DNA of 64,000 bases from an uncultured virus (IMG/VR IMGVR_UViG_2061766007_000800) (lineage: Duplodnaviria > Heunggongvirae > Uroviricota > Caudoviricetes), in the IMG/VR virus record IMGVR_UViG_2061766007_000800, one strand, 5' to 3'. The notes beneath the pieces are model-generated. The model saw only the letters and a program-made list of their open reading frames with translations. It made no database searches and was not told the origin of the DNA. Below are positions 37,839 through 48,985 of the stretch, piece by piece. The translations under genes were made by a program, and so were the position numbers. Positions within the stretch are counted from its first letter, which is position 1. Each line of letters starts with the position of its first letter.

Positions 37839-38777
37839 ATGAGTTATTCAAGTTTAGCTTCGGCTTATATCCCATCACCTTGTAATTGGGGTAAAAGACC
37901 CGGTCCTGTAACTAAAATAACGATTCACCATATGGCTGTAGTTAATGGCGACCCTGTTGCTGTTGCTAGAGCTCTTGCAGACCCTAATCGTCATGCCAGT
38001 GCAACATATTGCATTGGCTCTGACGGAAAAATTGTTTGCGGACTTGATGAATCTATAGCACCCGGAACTTCCGGTCCTGGAACACCTGGTAAGAATAACG
38101 ACCTTCAGGCTGTTACAATGGAAATTGCTAATAGTAAAGGCGCTCCTAATTGGGAAATTTCTGATACTGCTATGGCAACTGTAATTCAACTTTGCGTTGA
38201 TATTTGCAAGAGAAACGGTATTAAGAAACTTAATTACACAGGAGATGCTAATGGTAATCTTACTTACCATCAAATGTTTAATGCTACTGCGTGTCCTGGC
38301 CCTTACCTTATCAGTAAGATGAAATATATTGAACAAAGTGTAAACGCTCTTTTAGATGACCAAAAGTTACCTGAACCTGAGCCTACACCTACTGTTACAA
38401 CAACAGAGACAGTTCAATATACAGTTAAGAAAGGTGATACTCTTAGTGCTATCGCAGAAAAATATGGTACAACATATCAAGCAATAGCAAAAGAAAACAA
38501 TATCAAGAACCCTAATTATATTAAACCCGGACAGGTTTTAAATATCACAATTACAACAGAAACAGAAGCTCCTGCTGAAAAGAAGGCGGATGAACCTATT
38601 AAGACTACTACTACAACTGCAAATCTTAATGTCAGAACAGGCCCTAGTACAAACTATCCTGTTATTGGTGTCTTCTCTAAAGGAAGTATTGTAGATATTT
38701 ATGAAATCAAAGGTCAATGGGCAAAGGTTCTTTATGGCTCAACATTTGGTTGGTCTAATACTAATTGGCTTAAATAA
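37839..38777 (+). CDS. endolysin: Amidase_2, LysM and SH3b domains
   Basis: [37 protein letters not shown]. Confidence 0.9.
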   Translation: MSYSSLASAYIPSPCNWGKRPGPVTKITIHHMAVVNGDPVAVARALADPNRHASATYCIGSDGKIVCGLDESIAPGTSGPGTPGKNNDLQAVTMEIANSKGAPNWEISDTAMATVIQLCVDICKRNGIKKLNYTGDANGNLTYHQMFNATACPGPYLISKMKYIEQSVNALLDDQKLPEPEPTPTVTTTETVQYTVKKGDTLSAIAEKYGTTYQAIAKENNIKNPNYIKPGQVLNITITTETEAPAEKKADEPIKTTTTTANLNVRTGPSTNYPVIGVFSKGSIVDIYEIKGQWAKVLYGSTFGWSNTNWLK

Positions 38778-38894
38778 TTAAGTAAAATTAAAGCAAAGGG
38801 AAATGCTTAAAAGGCATTTCCCTTTATTTTTTTGACTTTTTTTAAAAATTATGTTAGAATATATATAGAATAAAAAATAGAATAGGAGAATAAT

Positions 38895-39212
38895 ATGGAA
38901 AAAATGAACAATGAAGTTTTAAAAGTTGTTTTAAAAAGTTTAGTAGATTATGTATTAGAATTAGGATATGATGAGGAGATAAATATTTCTTTTATTCCTG
39001 CCCCTGTATATCAAATGCAAAAAGTTTTTGAAGAAATGGGTTATGACTGTTATGGTTGCGATATATCCTATAAATTTTGTGATTCTTCTTACTTTTATTA
39101 TAAAGAAATATTATCAGATGGGAATTATGGTAAAAAAAGTTTTGGTTTTAGATGTGATGCAGATTATAGAATAATTAGTATTTATAATAATACTGATGAT
39201 GAGGAAGAATAA
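38895..39212 (+). CDS. hypothetical protein
   Basis: Promoter, RBS and ORF. Confidence 0.65.
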   Translation: MEKMNNEVLKVVLKSLVDYVLELGYDEEINISFIPAPVYQMQKVFEEMGYDCYGCDISYKFCDSSYFYYKEILSDGNYGKKSFGFRCDADYRIISIYNNTDDEEE

Positions 39213-39697
39213 TGAAATATATTTATTGTGATGGCGGATGTCGCCCTACAAACCCAGGTCCAGGCGGATATGGCGTAGTAATGTTTAAAAATGAAAATGA
39301 AATAGAGAAATACACAAAGTTTTCAAGTAATGAAACTACTAATAATAGAATGGAATTAGAAGGTTTATTATGTGCTATTAAGTGGGCAGCAGAAACTAAT
39401 GAGGAAGTTATCATTTATACAGACTCAGCCTATGCCCGCAACTCTATTTTGAATTGGGCGCATACATGGAGTAATAATGGTTGGTTAACAGCAAAAAAAC
39501 AACCTGTATTAAATCGAGAGTTGATAGAAACAATTTATGATTTATATTATGGTGACTTTTTATCAACAAGAGTAAAGATAGAAAAAGTTAGTGGACATAC
39601 AGGTATAATTGGAAACGAATTAGTAGATGCTTTGTCAAAAAACGATATTAATAAATTTAATGAGATAATAAAGAAAAATAATATAAATTTGACAGAA
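39212..39697 (+). CDS. rnhA: ribonuclease HI (3' end in gap)
   Basis: YCDG..NPGPGG, TNNRMEL, TDSAY, V.GH.G..GNE..D. Confidence 0.9.
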
Positions 39698-39845
39698 NNN
39701 NNNNNNNNNNNNNNNNNNNNNNNNNNNNNNNNNNNNNNNNNNNNNNNNNNNNNNNNNNNNNNNNNNNNNNNNNNNNNNNNNNNNNNNNNNNNNNNNNNNN
39801 NNNNNNNNNNNNNNNNNNNNNNNNNNNNNNNNNNNNGTAATTAGT

Positions 39846-40415
39846 ATGGAAAGAGAAAAGAAAATTTATTTTACTTCAGATTTACATTTTGGACACGATA
39901 GAGAGTTTATTTGGAGACCTCGTGGTTTTAACAATGTATATGAAATGAATAATACAATTATTAAAAATTGGAATGAAGTAGTAGATGTAGATGATGATGT
40001 TTATGTTCTTGGTGATTTAATGTTGGGTGATAACTGGGCAGGTAGAAAATGTCTTACTAATCTTAAAGGTAACATTCATATCATCCTTGGTAACCACGAT
40101 AGCGAAGCCCGCGTAGATATTTATAGAAATTTATATAATGTAGTTGAAGTGTGTTATGCAACTCAGATTAAAATTGACGGATGGAATTTCTATCTTTCAC
40201 ATTATCCTACTATGACTTGCAATCTTGAAAAAGAATTTAGTAAGAATTGTTTACTTAATCTTTATGGTCATACTCATCAGAAAGACAACTTCTATAATGG
40301 ACTTCCATTTTGTTATCATGTAGGACTTGATAGTCATAATAATCAACTTGTTTCTTTTGAACAGGTTATTGAAGATATTACAAAAGAAGTAAAAAATTGT
40401 GAATATTATTTGTAA
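39846..40415 (+). CDS. calcineurin-like metallophosphoesterase
   Basis: SDLHFGH, LGD, GNHD, HYP, GHTH. Confidence 0.88.
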   Translation: MEREKKIYFTSDLHFGHDREFIWRPRGFNNVYEMNNTIIKNWNEVVDVDDDVYVLGDLMLGDNWAGRKCLTNLKGNIHIILGNHDSEARVDIYRNLYNVVEVCYATQIKIDGWNFYLSHYPTMTCNLEKEFSKNCLLNLYGHTHQKDNFYNGLPFCYHVGLDSHNNQLVSFEQVIEDITKEVKNCEYYL

Positions 40416-40426
40416 GGAGAAAATAA

Positions 40427-42334
40427 ATGGGTAATTTTTATACTGAAGATTCGTTTGAACATTTACCACCTCTTGAATTTACTCGATTAAAACCTCAAGT
40501 ATATTGTGGTAACTGTACATATTCAACACAGTTATTAATAGAAGTTATTAGTAACTCTGTTGATGAATTTAATATCGGACATGGTGATAAAATTTATGTT
40601 ACTCTTGATAAAGATAAAGTAACAGTAAAAGATGAGGGACAGGGTTTTCCTGTTAATGTTGTAAAAATTGAGGGTAAGACAATCCTTGAAGCAGCATTCT
40701 CATTAATTAATACATCTGGTAAGTATAGAACAGATGGTACATATGAAGGAACATCACTTGGTAACTTTGGTATTGGTGCTAAGTTACCAATCTTTTTGAG
40801 TCATTCAGCAGAAGTTTATACTGTTAATGGCGGAAAATATGAGAAGATTTGGTTTAAAGAGGGTGTTTTTGAGAAAAGAGAAGTTGGTACAACTAAAGAA
40901 CACACAGGTACAACAGTAACTTGGTATCCTAGTGAAGAGTTCTTTACTAACACGACAGTAGAAATGAGTAGAGTTAAAGAATATTTTAAAACTATCTCTT
41001 GTTTATGCCCTGGCTTATCTATTGTCTTAAACGATAATGGTAAGGAAACAACTTATCTTTCAGAAAATGGTTTAGCAGATTTAATTGATTATAAGGTTAA
41101 AGATATTGAAATTATTGATAACAGACTTTTAATCAATGCAATAGAAGATAAGTATAGATTAAATTTAGCAATGACTTATACTTCTAATTATGCGCCTAGT
41201 ATCACAGCATATGTAAACACAGGTGCAACTGATAGTGGTGCACATATCACACAGTTAAAGACAACTCTTACAAGAGAAATGAATAAATTTTTCAAAGAGA
41301 AGAAGTGGTTAAAGGAAAATGATGCTAATTTAACAGGTGATGATATTAGTGAAGGATTATATATTGTCTTTAACTATACAGCTCCTAATGTAAAATATGA
41401 TGCTCAGGTAAAAAGTAGAGTTTCAGAGATTGATACAAAATTTTTAACTTCTGCTTTTGGAAATGAACTTCAGTATTGGATGGAGTCTAACGAAAAAGAT
41501 TTAAAGGCAATCGTAGATAAAGCACTCATAGCGCGAAAGGCTCGTGAAGCGGCTAAAAAGGCAAAGGAAGCTGCGCGTGAGGGTGAAAAGAAAAAGAAAG
41601 AAAAAGTTGTTAAGTTTGATACAAAATTAGCAGACTGTTACTCTAAAGATAGAAAGAAGTGTGAAATTTACATCACAGAGGGTGATAGTGCATCTGGTAA
41701 CTTAAAGACAGCTCGTGATAATGAATTTCAGGCGGTTATGCCTGTTAGAGGTAAGATTCTTAACTGTCAGAAAGCAACCCTCGCGCAAATTCAGAAAAAT
41801 GCAGAAATTATGACAATGATTGATGCTTTTGGTCTTAAGATTGACCATAAGACAATGAAAGTAACATTTGATGAAAGTGATATTAGATATGGTAAGATAA
41901 TTATTATGTCTGATGCCGATGTCGATGGTGCGCATATTAAAAACTTGTTCTATACATTTATTTGGAACTTCTGTCCAGAATTAATTGAAAAAGGATATGT
42001 TTATGCTGGTGTTCCACCTCTTTATAAAATTACTCTTGGCGGAAATAAAGGCTATAAGTATCTTAAAAATGATGAAGCTCTTGAACAGTTTAAGAAAGAA
42101 AATGTTGGAAAGAAATATCAAGTTAACCGTATGAAAGGTCTTGGTGAAATGGGGGTTGAAGAGACAGAAGAAACTCTTACAGACCCTAACAACAGAATTA
42201 TTAAGCAAATAACTGTTGAAGATGTTAAGGCAACAGATAGATTATTTGAAGACCTTATGGGCACAGCAATAACTGCAAGAAAGAATTATATAAAGGAGCA
42301 TAGTAAAGATGGCGGACAATATAATGCAGAATAA
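40427..42334 (+). CDS. gyrB: DNA gyrase/topoisomerase II subunit B
   Basis: E...NSVDE GHKL motif, EGDSA, PVRGKILN, DADVDG, KGLGEM. Confidence 0.92.
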   Translation: MGNFYTEDSFEHLPPLEFTRLKPQVYCGNCTYSTQLLIEVISNSVDEFNIGHGDKIYVTLDKDKVTVKDEGQGFPVNVVKIEGKTILEAAFSLINTSGKYRTDGTYEGTSLGNFGIGAKLPIFLSHSAEVYTVNGGKYEKIWFKEGVFEKREVGTTKEHTGTTVTWYPSEEFFTNTTVEMSRVKEYFKTISCLCPGLSIVLNDNGKETTYLSENGLADLIDYKVKDIEIIDNRLLINAIEDKYRLNLAMTYTSNYAPSITAYVNTGATDSGAHITQLKTTLTREMNKFFKEKKWLKENDANLTGDDISEGLYIVFNYTAPNVKYDAQVKSRVSEIDTKFLTSAFGNELQYWMESNEKDLKAIVDKALIARKAREAAKKAKEAAREGEKKKKEKVVKFDTKLADCYSKDRKKCEIYITEGDSASGNLKTARDNEFQAVMPVRGKILNCQKATLAQIQKNAEIMTMIDAFGLKIDHKTMKVTFDESDIRYGKIIIMSDADVDGAHIKNLFYTFIWNFCPELIEKGYVYAGVPPLYKITLGGNKGYKYLKNDEALEQFKKENVGKKYQVNRMKGLGEMGVEETEETLTDPNNRIIKQITVEDVKATDRLFEDLMGTAITARKNYIKEHSKDGGQYNAE

Positions 42335-44657
42335 TGATATTATAAATGAATTAGGTACGAACTTTATAGAGTATGCAGTCGCCGTCAACACGGACAGAGC
42401 TATCCCAGACGCTACATCTGGTCTTAAGCCTGTTGCTAAAAGAATTTTATGGTCAATGTTGGAAGAGGGAAGAACTTCAAGTAAACCTCATGTTAAGGCT
42501 GCGAGAGTAGTCGGTGATGTAATGGGTAAATATCACCCTCATGGTGATAGTTCAATCTATGGCGCGCTTGTAAGATTATCACAGGATTGGGTCTTAAGAT
42601 ATCCTCTTGTAGATTGGCATGGTAATAATGGTAATATTGCAGGTGATGATGCAGCTGCGCAGAGATATACTGAAGTTAGATTGTCAAAAATCTCGGAAGA
42701 AGGTTTACTTTCTAACATTAAGAAAGAAAATGTTGACTTTACAAAGAACTATGATGAAAGTCTTGATGAACCTATAACACTTCCATCAGCATTTCCTAAT
42801 CTATTATGTAACCCTAATACAGGTATTGGTGTTGCAATGGCTTGTAATTGGTTACCTCATAATTTAAATGATGTAGCACAGGCTATATATGATTATATGG
42901 ATGGGAATGAACCTATGTTACCTGGTCCTGATTTCCCCACAGGCGGAATTATTATTAATAAAGATAGTATCCCCGCAATTATGAAGACAGGACATGGTTC
43001 AGTTAAGATTCGTGGTAAATATAAAGTTGAAAAAAATAAAATTATCTTTTATGAAATTCCTTATGGTGAAACTATTAGTGGAATTTTAGCGAAGATTGGT
43101 GAAGTATGCGAAGCAAAAGAAATTGAGGGTATTGAAGATGCTCACGATGAAACAAATAAAAAAGGACTTCGAATTGTTATAACTTGTAAGAAAGATGCAA
43201 GTCCTGAGCATATTGTTCAACTTTTGTTCGCAAAGACACCTTTACAGTCATCAATATCTTATAATCAAGTTGCTCTTATAAATAAGACTCCTACTGAATT
43301 AAATTTAAAGGATTGCTGTAAAATTTATGTTGACCATAATATTGATTGCCTTATTAAAGAAACAAATTTTGATTTAAATAAGGCAAAAGATAGAGCGGAA
43401 GTTGTTGATGGCTTATTAAAGGCTCTTGCAGATATTGATAATATTATCGCTTTAATCAAAGGAAGTCAAGATAGTGCTGAAGCTAAGGATAAGTTGATTG
43501 AACTTGGCTTTACAGAGAAACAGGCTAAGGCTATATTAGCTATGAGATTAAGTTCATTAACTAAACTTGATAAAGTTGAGTTAAACAAAGAAGCACAATC
43601 TTTAAGTGAACAGATTGATTATTGGACAATGTTACTTGAGTCAAAAGACGAACAGTTAAAAGTTGTTAGAGAAAGACTTAATGCTATTGTTAAGAAATTT
43701 GGTGATAATAGAAAGACAGAGTTAGCTCAAATTGATATTCCTAAAACAAAAGCAGAAAAGGAAAAGATTGAGATAGTTCCTGAAGATGTTGTTGTTGTAG
43801 TAACAAAAGATGGTTATGTAAAGAGAGTTCCTAAAGCTTCATTTAAAACTCAAAGTCGTGGCGGAAAGGGCATAAAAGCTGCGGACGAAGCGATGAGAGT
43901 TATGAAGACAAACACAGTTGATGTATTAATGCTCTTCTCTAATAAGGGTAAGATGTATAAGATGTCAGTTAATAAAGTACCTGAGGGAACAAATACTACT
44001 AAAGGAATAAGTTTAACTCAGTTTATAAAGACAGATGCAGATGAAAAGATTATCGCGGCAAGTTGTCTTCATAGTGACTCAATGCCTAAGTATATTATCT
44101 TCATCACAAAGAATGGTATGATTAAGAAGTCACTTCTTGATGAATATATGGGTGATAGAAGTAATACATCTGGTATTATCGCATTAAAGTTAAGAGAAGG
44201 CGATTCAGTTGTAACAGTTCTCTTCCAAGATAAAGAAGATATAATCTTTGTAACTAAGAATGGTAACGCCCTCCGCATTAAGACAGATGCGATAGCGCCT
44301 ATCGGAAGAAACTCCCTTGGTGTTATAGGTATTAAGTTAAAGGAAGGCGATGAAGTATTAGACGCATTACCTGTTCATAAAGAAACTGATTATCTTGCTG
44401 TTGTTTGTACAAATGGTGTTGGTAAGAAGTTGGAATTAAGTGAGATACCTGTTCAAGGTAGAGCTTCTGTAGGCGTAAGTTTAGCGAAGAATCCTGTTGC
44501 GGGAATCGCTATGGTAGATGATAATAATAGTCTTGTTATCTGCAGCGCAGTAACTTCAATATGTATCTCAGCCAAAGAGATACCTCTCTTTAAAAAGGCA
44601 GCTGAAGGAAATATATTAACTAAAACAACACCTGTAAAGAGTATAGGTAAAATTTAA
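42309..44657 (+). CDS. gyrA: DNA gyrase subunit A
   Basis: GLKPV.KRIL, YHPHGD, AAAQRYTE; C-terminal domain with QSRGGKG. Confidence 0.92.
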   Translation: MADNIMQNNDIINELGTNFIEYAVAVNTDRAIPDATSGLKPVAKRILWSMLEEGRTSSKPHVKAARVVGDVMGKYHPHGDSSIYGALVRLSQDWVLRYPLVDWHGNNGNIAGDDAAAQRYTEVRLSKISEEGLLSNIKKENVDFTKNYDESLDEPITLPSAFPNLLCNPNTGIGVAMACNWLPHNLNDVAQAIYDYMDGNEPMLPGPDFPTGGIIINKDSIPAIMKTGHGSVKIRGKYKVEKNKIIFYEIPYGETISGILAKIGEVCEAKEIEGIEDAHDETNKKGLRIVITCKKDASPEHIVQLLFAKTPLQSSISYNQVALINKTPTELNLKDCCKIYVDHNIDCLIKETNFDLNKAKDRAEVVDGLLKALADIDNIIALIKGSQDSAEAKDKLIELGFTEKQAKAILAMRLSSLTKLDKVELNKEAQSLSEQIDYWTMLLESKDEQLKVVRERLNAIVKKFGDNRKTELAQIDIPKTKAEKEKIEIVPEDVVVVVTKDGYVKRVPKASFKTQSRGGKGIKAADEAMRVMKTNTVDVLMLFSNKGKMYKMSVNKVPEGTNTTKGISLTQFIKTDADEKIIAASCLHSDSMPKYIIFITKNGMIKKSLLDEYMGDRSNTSGIIALKLREGDSVVTVLFQDKEDIIFVTKNGNALRIKTDAIAPIGRNSLGVIGIKLKEGDEVLDALPVHKETDYLAVVCTNGVGKKLELSEIPVQGRASVGVSLAKNPVAGIAMVDDNNSLVICSAVTSICISAKEIPLFKKAAEGNILTKTTPVKSIGKI

Positions 44658-44742
44658 TAAAGAGGGTAGAAATACCCTCTTTTATTTATTTTTATAAAAA
44701 TTTTTGATATAATTATTATAGAAAATTAAAGAGGTGATAAAT

Positions 44743-44949
44743 ATGAAGAAAGATGAAAGAACAGAATATAAAAAAATAAGTGATTATTTAAGACAGTACG
44801 AAGAGCATAAGCCTTGGCAAGAAAAAAGCCTTGATTGGATATGTGACAGAATAGAATGGGCATATCATTGGAGAAAGATTAGTCGTCTTCAAATGGAAGA
44901 ATTGACAGATAGAGCTTGTTTCATTCTTAACGGAACTATGGAGGAATAA
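44743..44949 (+). CDS. hypothetical protein
   Basis: Promoter, RBS and ORF. Confidence 0.6.
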   Translation: MKKDERTEYKKISDYLRQYEEHKPWQEKSLDWICDRIEWAYHWRKISRLQMEELTDRACFILNGTMEE

Positions 44950-44950
44950 A

Positions 44951-45567
44951 ATGAAAAATAGAGATTTAATGGTTTATATAGGAGGCACAGCACTACTTGT
45001 ATGTTTAGGTTTTTCTAGTGCATCCTCATTAAAAAATAGTCTACAAATAAGAGAATTAAAGAAAGAAAATGAAAGTTTGAAAGAACAGCAAGAATTAGTG
45101 CAGACTGCTTATGAAGAGCAGATAGTTATGCTTGATTCTCAAACAACTCTTTTAGAAGCTGAACTTTTGGAATTAAGAGAGGAAGTTAATTCATTAAAAA
45201 AATAAATGCTCTCTCTGATGCGGAATGGGAATACTTGTTCCGAGTAACAAGGGCAGAGGCGGGAGCTTGGTCAAAAGAAGCGCAACAAAATGTAGTTTAT
45301 GTAATCTTAAATAGAATAAACTCAAATAAATTCCCAAATACTTTAGCAGAGGTTATCTTCCAAAGAGGACAATTTTCAGTTGTTCATAACGGAACTTGGC
45401 GCGAAGTTGAAATATCTGAAGAATTAAAGAGGAATGTTATTGAAGCTTATCTTAACTACTCTGAAACAAATAATGCGCAAGGTGCATTATATTTTGGAGT
45501 AGGGCAAAAAACAGGCGGAAGTCAGTATTTATTTACAGATGAAGTAAATCATGTATTTTATAAATAG
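44951..45567 (+). CDS. SleB-like cell-wall hydrolase (Hydrolase_2) with TM/coiled-coil N-terminus, split by a -1 frameshift at A7 (45196-45202)
   Basis: RVTRAEAG..V..VILNR...FPNT...VIFQ.GQFS; the -1 frame continues LKKINALSDAEWEYL. Confidence 0.7.
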
Positions 45568-45575
45568 GAGATAAT

Positions 45576-47525
45576 ATGTATCCAGTAGACGCAAATAATG
45601 AAATGAGAAAACTTGTAGATAAATTAAATAGATGGACAGAATTATATGATAAAGGCACACCCGAAGTTTCTGATAAAGAGTGGGATGATGCTTATTTTGA
45701 GTTGGTAAAACTTGAAGAAGAAAATAAATTTTATTATAGTGATAGTCCTACTCATAAAGTTATATATCAGACTGTAGTAGGTCTTAATAAAGTTACACAT
45801 AATCACCCTATGTTAAGTTTAGGTAAAACAAAAGATATAAATGAACTTAAAAAGTTTGTTGGTGATGAACTTTGCGTTTTTATGTGTAAAATGGACGGTT
45901 TAACTGTATCTTTAAGATATGTTGATGGCAACTTGGTATCCGCAGAAACTCGTGGTAACGGTACTGAGGGTGAAGATATTTTACATAATGCTTGGCTTAT
46001 CGAAGGTATCCCTCATTCCATTTCTATAAAGGAAGAAATGGTTATTGATGGTGAAGTTATTTGTCCATTAGATTTTTTTGAAAAAAATCTTAAAAATACA
46101 TATAGAAATCCAAGAAACTATGCGGCAGGTGCGCTCCGCCGCCTTAATTCAAAAGAAAATGAAAATTGTGGTTTACAATTTATTGCTTGGGATATTATTA
46201 AAGGGTTTGATAATTTTAAGTCTTTAGCACAGAAATTAAATTATCTTCAAGACTTAAACTTTATTGTTGTTCCAGCTTTTGTTAATAATAGTGATGATGT
46301 AACAGTTGATAAACTTATTGATGATTTAAAGTTAGAAGCTACTACATATGATTATCCTATTGATGGTATTGTAGTTAAATATGATGATGTAGATTATTAT
46401 AAATCATTAGGTTCAACAGAACATCACCCTCTTGGCGGACTTGCTTATAAGTTTTATGATGAAGAATATGAAACTTCATTACTTGAAATAACTTATGATG
46501 TTTCAAGAACAGGTCAGTTAACTCCTGTAGCGGTTTTTGAACCTGTTGAAATTGATGGAACTATTTGTGAAAGAGCGAGTCTACATAATCTTTCGGTTAT
46601 GTGGGATTTATTGGGTGAATATCCTGAATACAAGCAACCTATTTGGGTGGCTAAAATGAATATGATTATACCGCAGATTACAAGAGCAATAAAGAATGAC
46701 ATACCTCATGACCATACTATTGAAGATGTTATTACCTATTGCCCAATTTGTGGTTCATCAACAGAAATCAAGACTTCAGAAAGCGGAGTAAAGACCTTAT
46801 ACTGCTCTAACCCTGAATGTGAGGGTAAATTGGCTCAGAAAATTGACCACTGGGCAGGTAAAAAAGGTATGGATATAAAAGGTTTATCCAGAGCTACTAT
46901 TGAGAAACTTATAGATTGGGGTTATATATCTGAACTTAAAGATATTTATAATCTTAAACAATATCGTGATGATTGGGTTTCAAAGACTGGATTTGGTATT
47001 AAATCTGTTGATAATATCTTATCTGCTATTGAAGAATCTAAGCAAACAACTTTAGATAAAGTTATAGCAGGTATTGGTATCCCCCTTATTGGAACTAAGG
47101 CGGGAAAGGACTTATCTAAAAAATTTGAAACATATGAAAATTTCAGAAAAGCAGAGTCATTTCTTGATATAGATGGCTTTGGTTGGGAAATGAATAACGC
47201 CCTTTTGAAATTTGATTATACAGAATTAGATTATATCGTTGAAAATTATTTATCATTTAAAAAGCCAGAATTAACTACGGAAAAATCAAATGATATTTTA
47301 AATGGAAAAGTCTTTGTTATTACAGGAAAATTAAGTAAAAAAAGAGATGAATGGGTGGCGGAAATAGAAAGTTATGGTGGCAAAGTAGCTGGTTCTGTTA
47401 GTAGTAAAACAGATTGTCTTATCTGTAACCAAAAAGAAGACACCGCAAAGTATAAAAAAGCAGAGTCTTTAGGAATACCTATTCTAACAGAGCAAAAATT
47501 TATTGAAAATTTCTTGAAAAGGTAA
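45576..47525 (+). CDS. ligA: NAD-dependent DNA ligase
   Basis: HPMLSL, KMDG, TRGNG..GED, Zn finger, BRCT (FVITG). Confidence 0.95.
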   Translation: MYPVDANNEMRKLVDKLNRWTELYDKGTPEVSDKEWDDAYFELVKLEEENKFYYSDSPTHKVIYQTVVGLNKVTHNHPMLSLGKTKDINELKKFVGDELCVFMCKMDGLTVSLRYVDGNLVSAETRGNGTEGEDILHNAWLIEGIPHSISIKEEMVIDGEVICPLDFFEKNLKNTYRNPRNYAAGALRRLNSKENENCGLQFIAWDIIKGFDNFKSLAQKLNYLQDLNFIVVPAFVNNSDDVTVDKLIDDLKLEATTYDYPIDGIVVKYDDVDYYKSLGSTEHHPLGGLAYKFYDEEYETSLLEITYDVSRTGQLTPVAVFEPVEIDGTICERASLHNLSVMWDLLGEYPEYKQPIWVAKMNMIIPQITRAIKNDIPHDHTIEDVITYCPICGSSTEIKTSESGVKTLYCSNPECEGKLAQKIDHWAGKKGMDIKGLSRATIEKLIDWGYISELKDIYNLKQYRDDWVSKTGFGIKSVDNILSAIEESKQTTLDKVIAGIGIPLIGTKAGKDLSKKFETYENFRKAESFLDIDGFGWEMNNALLKFDYTELDYIVENYLSFKKPELTTEKSNDILNGKVFVITGKLSKKRDEWVAEIESYGGKVAGSVSSKTDCLICNQKEDTAKYKKAESLGIPILTEQKFIENFLKR

Positions 47526-47708
47526 AAAATTNNNNNNNNNNNNNNNNNNNNNNNNNNNNNNNNNNNNNNNNNNNNNNNNNNNNNNNNNNNNNNNNNNNNN
47601 NNNNNNNNNNNNNNNNNNNNNNNNNNNNNNNNNNNNTAAAATTTTTTAGTATAATTATTTATATAGTAACAATAAAAAATAATTTTTTAATCAAAGGAGA
47701 TTAATATC

Positions 47709-47993
47709 ATGGCAAAACTTAGTGAAAACGCAGTAAAGATTCTTTCATTCCTTCAGGCTAACGCTGATGCTGATTACACAGCAACTGACCTCGCAGGTGA
47801 ACTTGGACTTGAGGTTAAGACAGTTAACGGTGTTATTACTGGCGGTCTTGTTGGTAAGAACCATTCAAGAGATTTCGTACAGAGAGTTGAAGCTACAGCT
47901 ACAGGTGAGGACGGCAAGGAAGTTAAGGTTAAGTTAATTAAGCTTACAGAGAAGGGTGCTGCTCTCGACCCTACAGCAGAGTTCGAAGCATAA
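47709..47993 (+). CDS. winged-helix DNA-binding protein
   Basis: TA.DLA.ELGL....V..LTEKG. Confidence 0.65.
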   Translation: MAKLSENAVKILSFLQANADADYTATDLAGELGLEVKTVNGVITGGLVGKNHSRDFVQRVEATATGEDGKEVKVKLIKLTEKGAALDPTAEFEA

Positions 47994-48056
47994 TTTAAGA
48001 ATTTACGGCAACAAGGCTGAAGATTTAACAGGTCTTCAGCCTTAAATTTTACCAAT

Positions 48057-48977
48057 ATGAAAATTACAATAATTTTTTCAATATTATTATGTGCTTTTAT
48101 TTTTGTTATATTTACTATCTTTATTATTCAAGGAATAATGAAGATAAAAGATTTAAGAAAAGAAAAGCAAGAAATAGAAAAAGAGATAAATCAATGGATA
48201 CGAGATATATCTTCTTATAAAGAGCAAGAAAAAGAAAAGAAAAAAAGTATCCAAGAATTATCTAACAATTTAATAAAGTTACAATTAGATATGCAAAATA
48301 TCCTGTTCACAAATAAGAAAGTTGCGGAAGACGCCTTTAATAACTACGAACAGGTTTTAGATAGACAGTATCAAGAAATTGAGAGTAATTATGATGAACA
48401 AGTCAAAGTTCTCGAAGATAAAATTGAGGAATATAAACAAGACCTTGATAAAATAGCCTCTACTCGTGCAGCAACATATGAGGCTTTAAGAAGAGAACAA
48501 CAAATTGAAGAAAATAAAGATAACTTTAGATTAAATCTTAATGAAAGAGCTATTAGAGATATAAAGTTATTAAAAAGTATTAAAGACGAATTATCAAGTC
48601 CTATTACAGTAGACAAGATAATTTGGAGCAATTATTATCAACCCCTCGCTAAAGTTCAGTTCCCTAAAATTGTGGGAAAGGCTACCGCTTGTGGAATATA
48701 TAAAATTACTAATCTTGAAACTAAAGAAGCATATATTGGACAAAGTGTAGATGTTGTTGAAAGATGGAAACAACATTGCAAGAACGCACTCGGTGTAGGC
48801 ACTTCGTCCGCCACTAATAAATTATATTCTTCTATGCAAAAGTATGGTTTATATAACTTCACTTTTGAATTGTTAGAAGAATGTAAATCAACTGAACTTG
48901 ATGAAAAAGAAAAATTTTATATTTCCCTTTATGATACTTATAATTTTGGATTAAATAGTACAAAAGGAAATAGTTAG
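48057..48977 (+). CDS. TM plus coiled-coil plus GIY-YIG nuclease
   Basis: N-terminal hydrophobic helix; GIYKITN...YIGQS..RW.QH. Confidence 0.75.
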   Translation: MKITIIFSILLCAFIFVIFTIFIIQGIMKIKDLRKEKQEIEKEINQWIRDISSYKEQEKEKKKSIQELSNNLIKLQLDMQNILFTNKKVAEDAFNNYEQVLDRQYQEIESNYDEQVKVLEDKIEEYKQDLDKIASTRAATYEALRREQQIEENKDNFRLNLNERAIRDIKLLKSIKDELSSPITVDKIIWSNYYQPLAKVQFPKIVGKATACGIYKITNLETKEAYIGQSVDVVERWKQHCKNALGVGTSSATNKLYSSMQKYGLYNFTFELLEECKSTELDEKEKFYISLYDTYNFGLNSTKGNS

Positions 48978-48985
48978 GAGATAAT

